Below, piece by piece: positions 6,201 to 14,370 of a stretch of DNA of 20,000 nucleotides. Made by a program: the position numbers and the translations under genes. Source of the stretch: an uncultured virus (IMG/VR IMGVR_UViG_3300007961_000161) (Duplodnaviria; Heunggongvirae; Uroviricota; Caudoviricetes). Position 1 is the first letter of the stretch, and every line of letters starts with the position of its first letter. The DNA is taken from the IMG/VR virus record IMGVR_UViG_3300007961_000161. One strand, 5' to 3'. The notes beneath the pieces are model-generated. The model saw only the letters and a list, made by a program, of their open reading frames with translations. It was not told where the DNA came from and did no database searches.

Positions 6201-8568
6201 GGATCCTGACGTATAGCCGCTGCCTTCCGTAGATGGGGAGCTTGCGGATGATTTTCCTTGACCGCTCCCAGCCATCTATCTGTGCCATTATCGCCCCGAT
6301 GGCATGGCTGTCAGAAGTCCGTAGTTCCGACAGGTTGTTGCCGAAGCACTCGCACCAGATTTCAGGGTTGCAAACGAAGACCCGCCTGACCTTGCCCCTG
6401 GGCTGCACAGGAGAGTCCAAGTCGTCCAGGAATGCCCGGCGGGCAGCAATATCCATGTCGTCCCAGTTATCTGGCAGGAGCCGTTCAAGATATTCTTCCA
6501 CCATGCCCACGCGGTCGTCCTGTTCCATTGCTTCCCGCTGGGCGTCCTCGGCAGCTTCGGCAGCTTCCCCTTCTAGGTAGAGGGGCTCACCGGACTTCCA
6601 TATCTCCTTGGCTTCCGCCCAGAACTGCGCCCGGTACGCATCATCGAAATCCCAGTCCTTCACGCGCTCCGTCTTGCGGAGCTTCAGCACCCAGAAGCGG
6701 CGGTTCCCTGTGATGTCACGGAGGTATCCGTGCTCTCCGTTGACGGTGGCGATCATGACGCAACTCCTCGGATGGCTCTCGACCACGCGCCCATAGCTGG
6801 GGCGGTACTTGTCATCCTGAGTGGTGATGAAAGCCTTGACCCGCTCGATGTCCGCCTTCTTCATGCCGGCGAGCTCTCCGATTTCCACGACCCAGAATCC
6901 CTGCAGCTTTTCAGCGCCGGTCTTGTCCTCCATATCGGTGAGGGTCAGACTTTCCGAGTAGTATTCTGGGGTGACGAGGTCTCGGACGATGGTGCTCTTG
7001 CCGATTCCCTGAGCGCCGTCGAGGACGATGATGCTGTCCATCTTACATCCCGGCTCATAGACCCGCTTTACTGCCGCGGCGAATGACTTCCTTGTCGCCT
7101 GCCGGACATATTCGGTGTCGTCAGCGCCAAGGTGGCGAATGAACAAATCCTCGACACGTTTTTCCCCGTCCCACGGGGGAAGCCCGTTAAGGTAGTCCCT
7201 GATGGGGTGGAACCGCCTGTTTTCGACTACGTTGGACAGGCAGATTTCGTAGTTCCGCTGGGAAAAAACTCCATAGTTGGCGTCGATGAAAGCTGTAAGC
7301 TGGCATGTGTCGGCATCACGCCAGAAGGAATTTCCATCCGGGCGCGGCCACGGGACTGGACCTGTCACCTGGATGCGCCCGGCAAGCTCATTGAAGGCGA
7401 AATTCCGCAGCCGTGAATCATTGACTAGGATGAGGGTGAGGTTCTGGATGCAGTTCATCAGCATCTGCGACCTCGGTTCCCGCTTCAGCATATCTTGCCA
7501 GCTATCGTCACCTTCCGGGGCGGGAGCGAAGTCTGCTATGGCTTCAGCCCTGCGTTCCTCAAGAAGCGTCCGATTCACATTGCCATCATCCAGCGCAAGC
7601 TGCGCCATCGCCTTGAAAGACGGCATGTTCTGCGGAGCGGATCCGTCAAGGGTGTCGGCGTCGAGGTCGCGGAACTTATGTAATCGGACGAGGTCAAATG
7701 CATTCAGCAATCTCTCGCAGCATGGGTCGGAACCGTGGTGGGAGTAGGCGAACTTGCCGTCATAGATGACCAGCCCGGCGGATCCCTCGCCCTTGGAATA
7801 CGTCCATCGGTCATCGGATTCGGTCGGCTCATAGACATCGGGGATAAACTCACGGATGGCGTCCTGCACCGTGTACGTCCGGCAGAACGCTCCGATTATG
7901 CCGCGTTTCTGCAGCGGATCTTCTGCCTTCGCCGCCCCGTGCCGATCCATGATGGTCTTTCTGGACGAAAGCGGCCATGTGGAGGCGTCGCGCCAGTCAT
8001 CATACTTGGCGAGGTATTTGTCCGGGTCGAGCATCGGTCCGTCAGTCCTGCCGCAGAGGAATTCGCCGTCCTTGGAAGATGTCGGCCAATGCATAAGGCG
8101 GTGCGGCTCGTAGGTCGTGTCATCGAACAGATCGATGCCGATTTCCCTGGCGACCATGTGCCCCAGGGCGGGATATTCCTCCTTCGTGACCTCCCGCGCC
8201 AGCGGCATGACGAGCCGGTAGCGGGGATGCTCCGGCGTATGTTTATGGGTCGTATGCCAGAAGCAAAGGAACGGCAGCTTTTTAATGACAGCGTTCAGCG
8301 TTTCCGGCTCTGCGTAATCCATGTCCAGTGTGAGCATGGAGCGACAGAGGACACTTTCCCTGTGCCGCTGTCCCTTGGCGAGGTGACCGCCGACGAAGCC
8401 TCCCTTGTCCTTTATCTCCGACTGCTCGGCGCGTGACATTTTGAGATATTCCCCTATGGTCTCGTTCGTGCGGGTCGTCTGCGACAGCATCATGCCAAGA
8501 TCGTCGAGGCTGATGTAGCCGTTCTTCCAGACCTTCGAACGCATGGTGTTCGCGGTCGCGTATTTCAT
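6145..8568 (-). CDS. VirE/VapE-family primase-helicase (N-terminal primase-like domain plus SF3 P-loop ATPase), 807 aa
   Basis: ATG 8568 with SD GGAGG. N-terminal GGFVGG...LTLDMD...HTTHKH...PRYRLVMPL; Walker A GAQGIGKS; WVVEIGEL; YLRDITGNRRFW. Confidence 0.93.
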   Translation of the reverse strand: MKYATANTMRSKVWKNGYISLDDLGMMLSQTTRTNETIGEYLKMSRAEQSEIKDKGGFVGGHLAKGQRHRESVLCRSMLTLDMDYAEPETLNAVIKKLPFLCFWHTTHKHTPEHPRYRLVMPLAREVTKEEYPALGHMVAREIGIDLFDDTTYEPHRLMHWPTSSKDGEFLCGRTDGPMLDPDKYLAKYDDWRDASTWPLSSRKTIMDRHGAAKAEDPLQKRGIIGAFCRTYTVQDAIREFIPDVYEPTESDDRWTYSKGEGSAGLVIYDGKFAYSHHGSDPCCERLLNAFDLVRLHKFRDLDADTLDGSAPQNMPSFKAMAQLALDDGNVNRTLLEERRAEAIADFAPAPEGDDSWQDMLKREPRSQMLMNCIQNLTLILVNDSRLRNFAFNELAGRIQVTGPVPWPRPDGNSFWRDADTCQLTAFIDANYGVFSQRNYEICLSNVVENRRFHPIRDYLNGLPPWDGEKRVEDLFIRHLGADDTEYVRQATRKSFAAAVKRVYEPGCKMDSIIVLDGAQGIGKSTIVRDLVTPEYYSESLTLTDMEDKTGAEKLQGFWVVEIGELAGMKKADIERVKAFITTQDDKYRPSYGRVVESHPRSCVMIATVNGEHGYLRDITGNRRFWVLKLRKTERVKDWDFDDAYRAQFWAEAKEIWKSGEPLYLEGEAAEAAEDAQREAMEQDDRVGMVEEYLERLLPDNWDDMDIAARRAFLDDLDSPVQPRGKVRRVFVCNPEIWCECFGNNLSELRTSDSHAIGAIMAQIDGWERSRKIIRKLPIYGRQRLYVRIPDCDCSSGSDCDCPDIPF

Positions 8569-8664
8569 GAAGCCTCCGTGCGGACAGGCGTCCGCTGAAT
8601 TTTGTTGGAGGCATGATCGCCTCCACGTACTACCGGGCATTCGGAGTCAGAGATGGCAAAAAAG

Positions 8665-9155
8665 TTTGTCGGCTTGCGCCGCAGCACATAAATTCGGCAG
8701 ATATTCCAGCCGTACATGACAAACGCGAGTTCTGCGTCACGGGTGAAAATCTCACCCCTTGCAGAAAAATGCGCCTCAGATATGCGGAGTTTCCCGATCA
8801 TTTCCTATCCGTAACCTTGCGTAATGGCGAACTATAATTTTTCGGCTTTATCGACGTGCGACACAGACATCTGCCCATATGCGAGATGAGCGCCCCGAAT
8901 GAGACATCTCCGTAGTTCTGCGACACGGCTGGAAATCTCGCTTCTGGCTGGAAATATCGCCGCAGATGTGCGAATCCGCGGTCATTCGCCTTCCGTAACT
9001 TTGCGTTATGACGCACAGTTTTTCAGGCGGCATTTCAAGAAGTACGGCGCAGACTTCTGCGGAGAAGTCAGATGTGCGTCCCGCATGGGAGATTTTCGAG
9101 TTCTGCGGCATGGGTGGAAATCTCGCCTCTCCTGGAATTCCCATGCCACAGATGT
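8665..9155. repeat. Degenerate tandem repeat, about 3 copies of a 184-186-bp unit
   Basis: Core AGTTCTGCG.CA.GG.TG.AAATCTC at 8728, 8914 and 9099. Copies 1 and 2 match at 45/59 ungapped from the core. TCCGTAACYTTGCGTWATG occurs at 8808 and 8992. Confidence 0.85.
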
Positions 9156-9170
9156 TTTCAGCCATCGGCA

Positions 9171-11081
9171 TCAGTCCTTGCGGTAGAATTCGGTTTCATA
9201 GCCGTCGGCGCGGAGGAGCAGCCCGTCAGCCCACGGCGGCGTTTCAGCCATGATGCGGCAGACTTCTTCAAGTGAATCGGACATGCCGGCTTCGATGACG
9301 AGTTCATCATGGATGTGCATCACGATTCGCCTGTCACGGAGCCGCATCATGGCTTCAGCCAACAGGTCGCGGGAAACCGCCTGCACGATGTTCTCCACGA
9401 ACTTCGGTCCGTAGGATTCGATTCGCTCCCATTTCTTGGTCATGCCGACACCTTCGTATGTCACGGCTTCGCCGCCGAATCTGTTCTCTCCCATGCGCGG
9501 CTTGGGGTACGAGAGTTTCCTTCCCGACGGCAGCGTGATGAACAGCATCCCGGAACGGCACTCGAAGCCAATTCCCTTGACGGTCGATGACGCCTTCCTT
9601 TTGACGGCGAGCTTCACGGATTCGTCCACGTCCCACCAGAACTGGACGATGGCAGGGTTGGCGTCCCGCCATGACGAAACCAGCCCCGGCAGTTCATCCT
9701 CGTCGAGCCCCATCTCAATAGCCCCCATCGCTTTCAAGGCGCCTACGGATCCGCCATAGCCAAGCGCCAATTCCGCTATCTTCCCTTTCTGCCGGAGATG
9801 CCCGTTCACGCCGTGTTTCTCGACGGGAACCCCGAACATCTGCGATGCGGAAGCGCAGTAGATGTCAGCACCTCCTGCGAAGGCGTCCATGCGCCATCCC
9901 TCCCCGGCGAGCCATGCAAGCACCCTTGCTTCAATGGCGGAAAAATCCGCCACGATGAGCTTTTTCCCGGGCGGGGCGATGAAGGTCGTGCGGACAAGCT
10001 GGGAGAGGACATCCGGCACATCGCCGTAGAGAAAATCCGTCATCTCATAGTCTCCCGACCGCACAAGCTCACGGGCTTCAGCGAGATCTCTCATGTCGTT
10101 CCTGCGCAGATTCTGCATCTGGATGAGCTTGCCCGACCACCGCCCAGTGCGGGCAGCGCCGTAGAACCGGAACATCCCCCGTGCCCGCCCGTCGGCGCAA
10201 ACGGCGTTCTGCATTGCTGCGTATTTCTTCACGGATGACTTCGCCAGCTGCAGCCGCAGGCGTAGTGGCTCCCGCAATTCTTCCGGGGCGGATTTCAGCA
10301 GTTCCGCGACCGCTTTCTTGCCCAGCGTTTCGGCTTCGATTCCGTTTTCCGCAAGCCACTGTTTCATCTGCGCCACGCTGTTCGGATTTTCCAGAGCGGT
10401 CAGATCTTTCATTTCTGATGTCAGCCTTGATCTGGATATGCCGTCAAAAGCAAGCGCATGGTTCACGAGTTCCATGTCCAGCAGGACACCGCGATCGTTT
10501 ATTTCCTGGTCGATGCGGTACTGCTCCCATACCTCATCAGGCACGGGGAATTTGGCAAGTTTCTCCTTTATCTGCATCTCCGCTTCAACATCTCGGCGGT
10601 TGTATTCCACGAAATCCTTCCATTTCGGATCGCAGAGGTACGTCATCGCCTTGCCGGGGACGCAGTACCGTTTGATGAGATTCTTGCCTTCGGTCAGCTT
10701 TTTCTTCGACAGTCCCAGGACCACTCCCGCTCCCTCAAGGGACTGCGGCAGACCAAGGGTTGCCGCCCATACCATCGAGCATCGCCATTGGGCAGGATCG
10801 AGAAATGTTCCTGACGGCATGCCGAGCATATGGGAGAGGCAGATCCTCTCGAATGATGCGTTGAATGCCCATTTCCCTATCGACGGGTCGGCAAGGGCAG
10901 CGATGATGCCGTCAGGGATCGTTTCACCGTGCTCAAGGTCGACGACCTCAACGGATCCCTCGTCAATGGAATAGCCGAAAAGTAGCACCTTGAAGCCGGG
11001 AGCCTCCGCATATCGGTATACCCCAGCTTTCGACAGGTCCGCAGAAGAGAATGTTTCAATATCTATGCTGATTGAATTCAT
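9171..11081 (-). CDS. polA: Phage family A DNA polymerase with 3'-5' exonuclease domain (636 aa)
   Basis: ATG 11081 with SD GAGG. Exo motifs DIETFS, AFNASFE and YNRRDV; polymerase motif A ADFSAIEAR, motif B RQKGKIAELALGYG, motif C HIHDE. Confidence 0.96.
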   Translation of the reverse strand: MNSISIDIETFSSADLSKAGVYRYAEAPGFKVLLFGYSIDEGSVEVVDLEHGETIPDGIIAALADPSIGKWAFNASFERICLSHMLGMPSGTFLDPAQWRCSMVWAATLGLPQSLEGAGVVLGLSKKKLTEGKNLIKRYCVPGKAMTYLCDPKWKDFVEYNRRDVEAEMQIKEKLAKFPVPDEVWEQYRIDQEINDRGVLLDMELVNHALAFDGISRSRLTSEMKDLTALENPNSVAQMKQWLAENGIEAETLGKKAVAELLKSAPEELREPLRLRLQLAKSSVKKYAAMQNAVCADGRARGMFRFYGAARTGRWSGKLIQMQNLRRNDMRDLAEARELVRSGDYEMTDFLYGDVPDVLSQLVRTTFIAPPGKKLIVADFSAIEARVLAWLAGEGWRMDAFAGGADIYCASASQMFGVPVEKHGVNGHLRQKGKIAELALGYGGSVGALKAMGAIEMGLDEDELPGLVSSWRDANPAIVQFWWDVDESVKLAVKRKASSTVKGIGFECRSGMLFITLPSGRKLSYPKPRMGENRFGGEAVTYEGVGMTKKWERIESYGPKFVENIVQAVSRDLLAEAMMRLRDRRIVMHIHDELVIEAGMSDSLEEVCRIMAETPPWADGLLLRADGYETEFYRKD

Positions 11082-11092
11082 GATCGCCTCAT

Positions 11093-11115
11093 AAAAAAGG
11101 GGGCTTGACGCCCCC
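11093..11115 (-). terminator. Intrinsic terminator between SSB gene and polA
   Basis: Minus strand GGGGGC-GTCAA-GCCCCC-TTTTTT. Confidence 0.7.
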
Positions 11116-11130
11116 GTATGTGGCCGTGGG

Positions 11131-11691
11131 TCAGCTGAGGAAGTCGTCATCTTCCTCGGAAGCGAAATCCATCGCCGCGCTGGTGCGCCCGCCGAGCGGT
11201 TCGCCATCGCGGAGCTTCTGGAGATGGTTAAGACCGCAGGCGATGCCCTTGTTTCCGTTGCGGTTGAAGGCGAAGAAGCTGATGCTGGCGCGTCCATAGA
11301 CGCCGCTGTACATCTCGCTGCGGTCGAGAATGGGGTTGCAGGCGGCGTCAACGACATCGGGCTTCGCCGTGGCGTTGGCGTTGATGAACCAGCAGCCGGA
11401 GTATGCCTCGTCATCGGGGCGCTCGGCATCGCCATCGCGGAGCGGGGTCTTGATGGAGGACAGGGGCGGCATCGCGCGCCCGTTGCCCTTGAGCTTTGAT
11501 TCGCCGTCGCGGTATGCCGCTTCGATGGCGCGGTGGATTTTTTCCACGGTCTTGCCGTCGGACTTTGGAATGATGAGGGAAACGCTGTACTTGGCGTCTC
11601 CGCCGTTGATGGACTTGGGTTCCCAGCAGTTAAGGTAGCTGAAGCGGACGGTGCCGGTGATGACTTTGCGGGGATCGACGTAGTTTGCCAT
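11131..11691 (-). CDS. DUF2815 family phage single-stranded DNA-binding protein (T7 gp2.5-like)
   Basis: VRFSY...KYSVSLIIPK...PLRDGDAERPDD...YSGVYGRASI...NGNKGIACGLNHLQKLRDGEPLGG and an acidic tail DFASEEDDDFLS. Confidence 0.93.
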   Translation of the reverse strand: MANYVDPRKVITGTVRFSYLNCWEPKSINGGDAKYSVSLIIPKSDGKTVEKIHRAIEAAYRDGESKLKGNGRAMPPLSSIKTPLRDGDAERPDDEAYSGCWFINANATAKPDVVDAACNPILDRSEMYSGVYGRASISFFAFNRNGNKGIACGLNHLQKLRDGEPLGGRTSAAMDFASEEDDDFLS

Positions 11692-11692
11692 T

Positions 11693-12817
11693 TTACACCT
11701 CTTGGCTGAAGTCTGATTGTGCGTTGCTGAAAGCCGGACGCTTATCCGTGTCCGGGACCAATGTCGGTTTGCCCTGGGGCTTCACAAGAAGCCCGCCGAG
11801 CAGTTCATCGAACTTTTTCCTTCCGAGCATCTTTTGCATGTCGGTGATGCCCAGGATGGATTTTTCATAGGGGTCGAAGCCCGCTCCGATGACAGCGTCG
11901 GCGACCGCCTTTTCATCGGAGTATCGCCTGTTGGAACGTCCCTCGACCAGCTTGAAACCTGACCATGCGTGACCTTCAAGGGCGCGTTTCAGGGCATAAG
12001 CCTTGACGTCGCCGGCCCAGGATTCGAGATTGTCCAGCATGGGGAGGATGGCTTCGATTTCGTGATCCTCCAGTTCCGCCGGAGGTGCGAAGTCATACCT
12101 CGCCAGCTTCAAGTTTTCTTCAGCGCGGGCGCGGCACAGCGTTTTCGCCTTGCAGAAGCGGCACCAGTCGCCGGGCTTGAACCCGCCTTCGCCCTTGTAT
12201 GCGGCTTCCGCCGCGGGGCGGAGTTCAAGGTCGCCCCAGAGCAGGAGATCGGCGGTCGACATCTCGCATGAGCGGAATCCGCCGCGCCTCGGCTGAAAAA
12301 TGACCATCCTGACTCTGTCGAAGTCGTACAGCCAGTCTAGGGCGTCCATCGCGCCGAGCGCATAAATCCTAAGCTGGGGATTGCCTTCCGCCTCGACGGG
12401 GACTCCCGAGCCGTACTTGAAGTCGGCGACCGTGAGCAGCCCGTCCGCGCCGATGACGGCGTCGGCGGTTCCGAATCCTTCCGGCAGCCAACGAGACAGG
12501 TTGAGCCTCACTTCGGGGTAGCAGAACGCTCCCGGCGACGCCGCCTTCGCTTCGGCAAGGAACTCCATCGCCATCAGCGCCCACGAATCAGTCGCCTCCT
12601 CCATTTCGGCGTCGAGGAACTGCATCCCTCCGCGGGGATCGGGCATCGCCATGCCCATCGCCTTACGGACCTTGAACTCGGCGAGCGCATGAGCCTCGGT
12701 TCCCTGAGCGGCGCACTCGCCGGCTTCATCGGGCAGCCCACAGGAGAGTTCCACGGACCGCGGGCAGTTCATCCATCGGTAGGCGCCCGATGGCGAGAGC
12801 TTCGCATGATCAGCCAT
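11693..12817 (-). CDS. DUF2800 family Cas4-like PD-(D/E)XK nuclease
   Basis: HAKLSPS...WMNCP, GTEAHALAE, GFGTAD, DFKYG, NPQLRIYALGA and CRFCKAKTLC (1+3 cysteine arrangement). Confidence 0.92.
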   Translation of the reverse strand: MADHAKLSPSGAYRWMNCPRSVELSCGLPDEAGECAAQGTEAHALAEFKVRKAMGMAMPDPRGGMQFLDAEMEEATDSWALMAMEFLAEAKAASPGAFCYPEVRLNLSRWLPEGFGTADAVIGADGLLTVADFKYGSGVPVEAEGNPQLRIYALGAMDALDWLYDFDRVRMVIFQPRRGGFRSCEMSTADLLLWGDLELRPAAEAAYKGEGGFKPGDWCRFCKAKTLCRARAEENLKLARYDFAPPAELEDHEIEAILPMLDNLESWAGDVKAYALKRALEGHAWSGFKLVEGRSNRRYSDEKAVADAVIGAGFDPYEKSILGITDMQKMLGRKKFDELLGGLLVKPQGKPTLVPDTDKRPAFSNAQSDFSQEV

Positions 12818-13136
12818 TGAGTGCCTCCGCTTCCTTCATGACCGCAGCTAAATGCTCCTGGGGCAATTCCGAAAGTTTGTTCACGCCGTAGCGGGTGAGG
12901 ATGTCCTTGACTGCCTCACGGAATCCCTGGCGAGTTTTGTTGACGAGCAGTCCGCGGACATCTTCAAAGGACGGCTGTTTTTCTTCGGACGGAGTTTCGG
13001 TGAACGGAACATCTACCGGTTCTTCATCCTCGATCGCACCATGGCACCAGCCACGTTCTGCAAGGTCGATGACATCGGCGAGTGTCTGGAGAGCGTTCCT
13101 TGCATTATGGATCAGATTGATTTCATCGCTTGTCAT
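12810..13136 (-). CDS. Conserved hypothetical phage protein (108 aa)
   Basis: C-terminal FEDVRGLL..K...G....VKDIL..YG..KLSEL pattern, typical of the gene preceding DUF2800 in this phage type. Overlaps both neighbours. Confidence 0.8.
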   Translation of the reverse strand: MTSDEINLIHNARNALQTLADVIDLAERGWCHGAIEDEEPVDVPFTETPSEEKQPSFEDVRGLLVNKTRQGFREAVKDILTRYGVNKLSELPQEHLAAVMKEAEALNG

Positions 13137-13312
13137 ATGGTTTTCCTTTTGTGCCGCATTTCATGCGGTTTCCGATTATGGTTTACTTTAGCTTTCATGC
13201 CTTCCTCGTATGCTTCGGCCATCCTCAGCAATTTCATGGCCAACCTGGATGCAACGAAGGATGTCTGGATCAGCACGTCAGCAAGCAGTTCGCTTCTGCT
13301 TTGGTTCGTCAT
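13133..13312 (-). CDS. Small hypothetical protein (59 aa, MTNQSRSELLADVLIQTSFVASRLAMKLL...), not in the ORF track
   Basis: Hand-translated. Strong SD AAGGAGGTG upstream of ATG 13312, and its stop overlaps the next ATG (ATGA at 13133-13136). Confidence 0.75.
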   Translation of the reverse strand: MTNQSRSELLADVLIQTSFVASRLAMKLLRMAEAYEEGMKAKVNHNRKPHEMRHKRKTI

Positions 13313-13378
13313 GCCTGTTCACCTCCTTCGGAAAGGCGTTTTTTTCCCTTCCTAAAAGCGAATGGAGGTGAGACAGGC
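13313..13378 (-). promoter_or_regulatory. Long hairpin sequestering the SD of the 59-aa ORF
   Basis: Minus strand GCCTGT(C)TCACCTCC(A)TTCG...CGAAGGAGGTGAACAGGC-ATG. Confidence 0.65.
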
Positions 13379-13401
13379 AATTGAACGAAAAAAATTAGAA
13401 A

Positions 13402-14034
13402 TTATTCAAGACGCCGCCGGATATGCTCGAATGCTTTGTGCTTACGAAAATTAACAGTGGATTGCTTCGTGCCAAGTTCCGTGGCTATTTGATGCTCTGA
13501 TTTTCCGCATAGCAGTCCTTCAATGATGGTGCGCTCTGCATCAGGCAGATCGGGAATGCATTTTCTGAGTTTGAGGCACAAATCAGCCAAAATCACGGCG
13601 TCCTCAACCAGCGTCACATCATGGATTTGGGAATTGAGAAGCCGTTTTGCATGGTGAGATGATGACTTATTCTGTTTATCGCCCGTATAGTGATGGCATC
13701 TGGCGCAATCCATGTCATGGCACATTCCATTCTTGAGAGGGCAGTAGCTCGACCAGAAGGTTCGATCGTGCTTTCCCTGGATGGAATCGCCATCAGTGCT
13801 GCTATCGGCTTGAACATCGATGGAGATGTTCCCGTTCTCCCTGTGGAAGCGGCATGTCATGCAGTCACAGATACATGTCCTGCGCTTGCTGGCGGGAACT
13901 ACGCATTCACCATGCTCTTGCATGCGTCTGCGGTAGGTGTCGGTGAAGCGGCATACTTTGCGGAAAACATCCTCGGTGACATTGATTTTTTCCCCGGAAG
14001 GAGACCTCAGCCAAAATTTGTCTTGCTCGGACAT
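13402..14034 (-). CDS. Sigma70 region 4-like transcriptional activator with two Cys-rich clusters (210 aa)
   Basis: ATG 14034 with SD AAAGGAAG. C-terminal LPDAERTIIEGLLCGKSEHQIATELGTKQSTVNFRKHKAFEHIR HTH; clusters C...CICDCMTC and CPLKNGMCHDMDCARC. Confidence 0.82.
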   Translation of the reverse strand: MSEQDKFWLRSPSGEKINVTEDVFRKVCRFTDTYRRRMQEHGECVVPASKRRTCICDCMTCRFHRENGNISIDVQADSSTDGDSIQGKHDRTFWSSYCPLKNGMCHDMDCARCHHYTGDKQNKSSSHHAKRLLNSQIHDVTLVEDAVILADLCLKLRKCIPDLPDAERTIIEGLLCGKSEHQIATELGTKQSTVNFRKHKAFEHIRRRLE

Positions 14035-14225
14035 TCGCTGTCTTCCTTTGCTGAACGGAAGACGCGGAATGCGGACGCCATCGGACACGACGGGACGGCA
14101 GCAGACCGGCTTGAGCCGTTCAGCTTCCGCCCCGCCTCCCAATGGCGGGGTTTCATATGGGTTGGTGCCATCAAGGCCTTGGGAATGAACGCTGATCAGG
14201 CGCTCGGCAATTGATGGCGATAAAG

Positions 14226-14301
14226 ATCACGCACGTGATATGTTTGCATTCGCAAACAAAACATTGACCGATGCAGTGAATTCATCTAGACTTTTTGCAT
14301 C
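14226..14301 (+). promoter_or_regulatory. Sigma70-type promoter for the defence operon with adjacent operator-like palindromes
   Basis: TTGACC (14264-14269), 17-bp spacer, TAGACT (14287-14292). Palindromes ATCACG-ca-CGTGAT (14226-14239), TGTTTGC-attc-GCAAACA (14241-14258) and TGAATTCA (14277-14284). Confidence 0.6.
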
Positions 14302-14370
14302 TATTCTGAATCCGACCACGCAATTCAGTCATAACTAAGCGGTTGTGTCATGTCGTTCCACGGAGGTTCC

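Larger units (their letters stand above)
1..14220. mobile_element. Prophage segment (early/replication module plus start of packaging module); extends beyond the left edge
   Basis: Co-oriented, tightly coupled run of polA, DUF2815, DUF2800, VirE, VRR-NUC and SNF2 genes, typical of temperate phages, followed by a terminase-small-like gene and a ParB-MTase. No integrase, att site or structural genes are in the window. Confidence 0.93.

Noticed and set aside
8569..8640. N-terminal extension of the VirE ORF
   Set aside because: SD GGAGG supports ATG 8568.
8665..9155. CRISPR array or mini-array (26-bp conserved core recurring near a Cas4-like gene)
   Set aside because: The period of ~186 bp is far too long, the intervening sequences are homologous rather than unique spacers, and there are no cas1/cas2 or effector genes.
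8565..9171. Confident protein-coding calls for the three minus-strand mini-ORFs
   Set aside because: No recognisable domain, and the repeat copies fall in different frames. Kept only as a regulatory hypothesis.
11082..11435. 118-aa N-terminal extension of PolA in the ORF track
   Set aside because: It overlaps the DUF2815 gene in another frame and crosses a terminator; the SD and Exo I motif support a start at 11081.
4369..12271. Numerous plus-strand ORFs of 60-230 aa opposite the replication genes
   Set aside because: These are shadow ORFs expected from GC-rich codon bias, with no recognisable motifs.
14226..14260. LexA/SOS box in the divergent promoter region
   Set aside because: The palindromes match neither CTGT-N8-ACAG nor GAAC-N4-GTTC.
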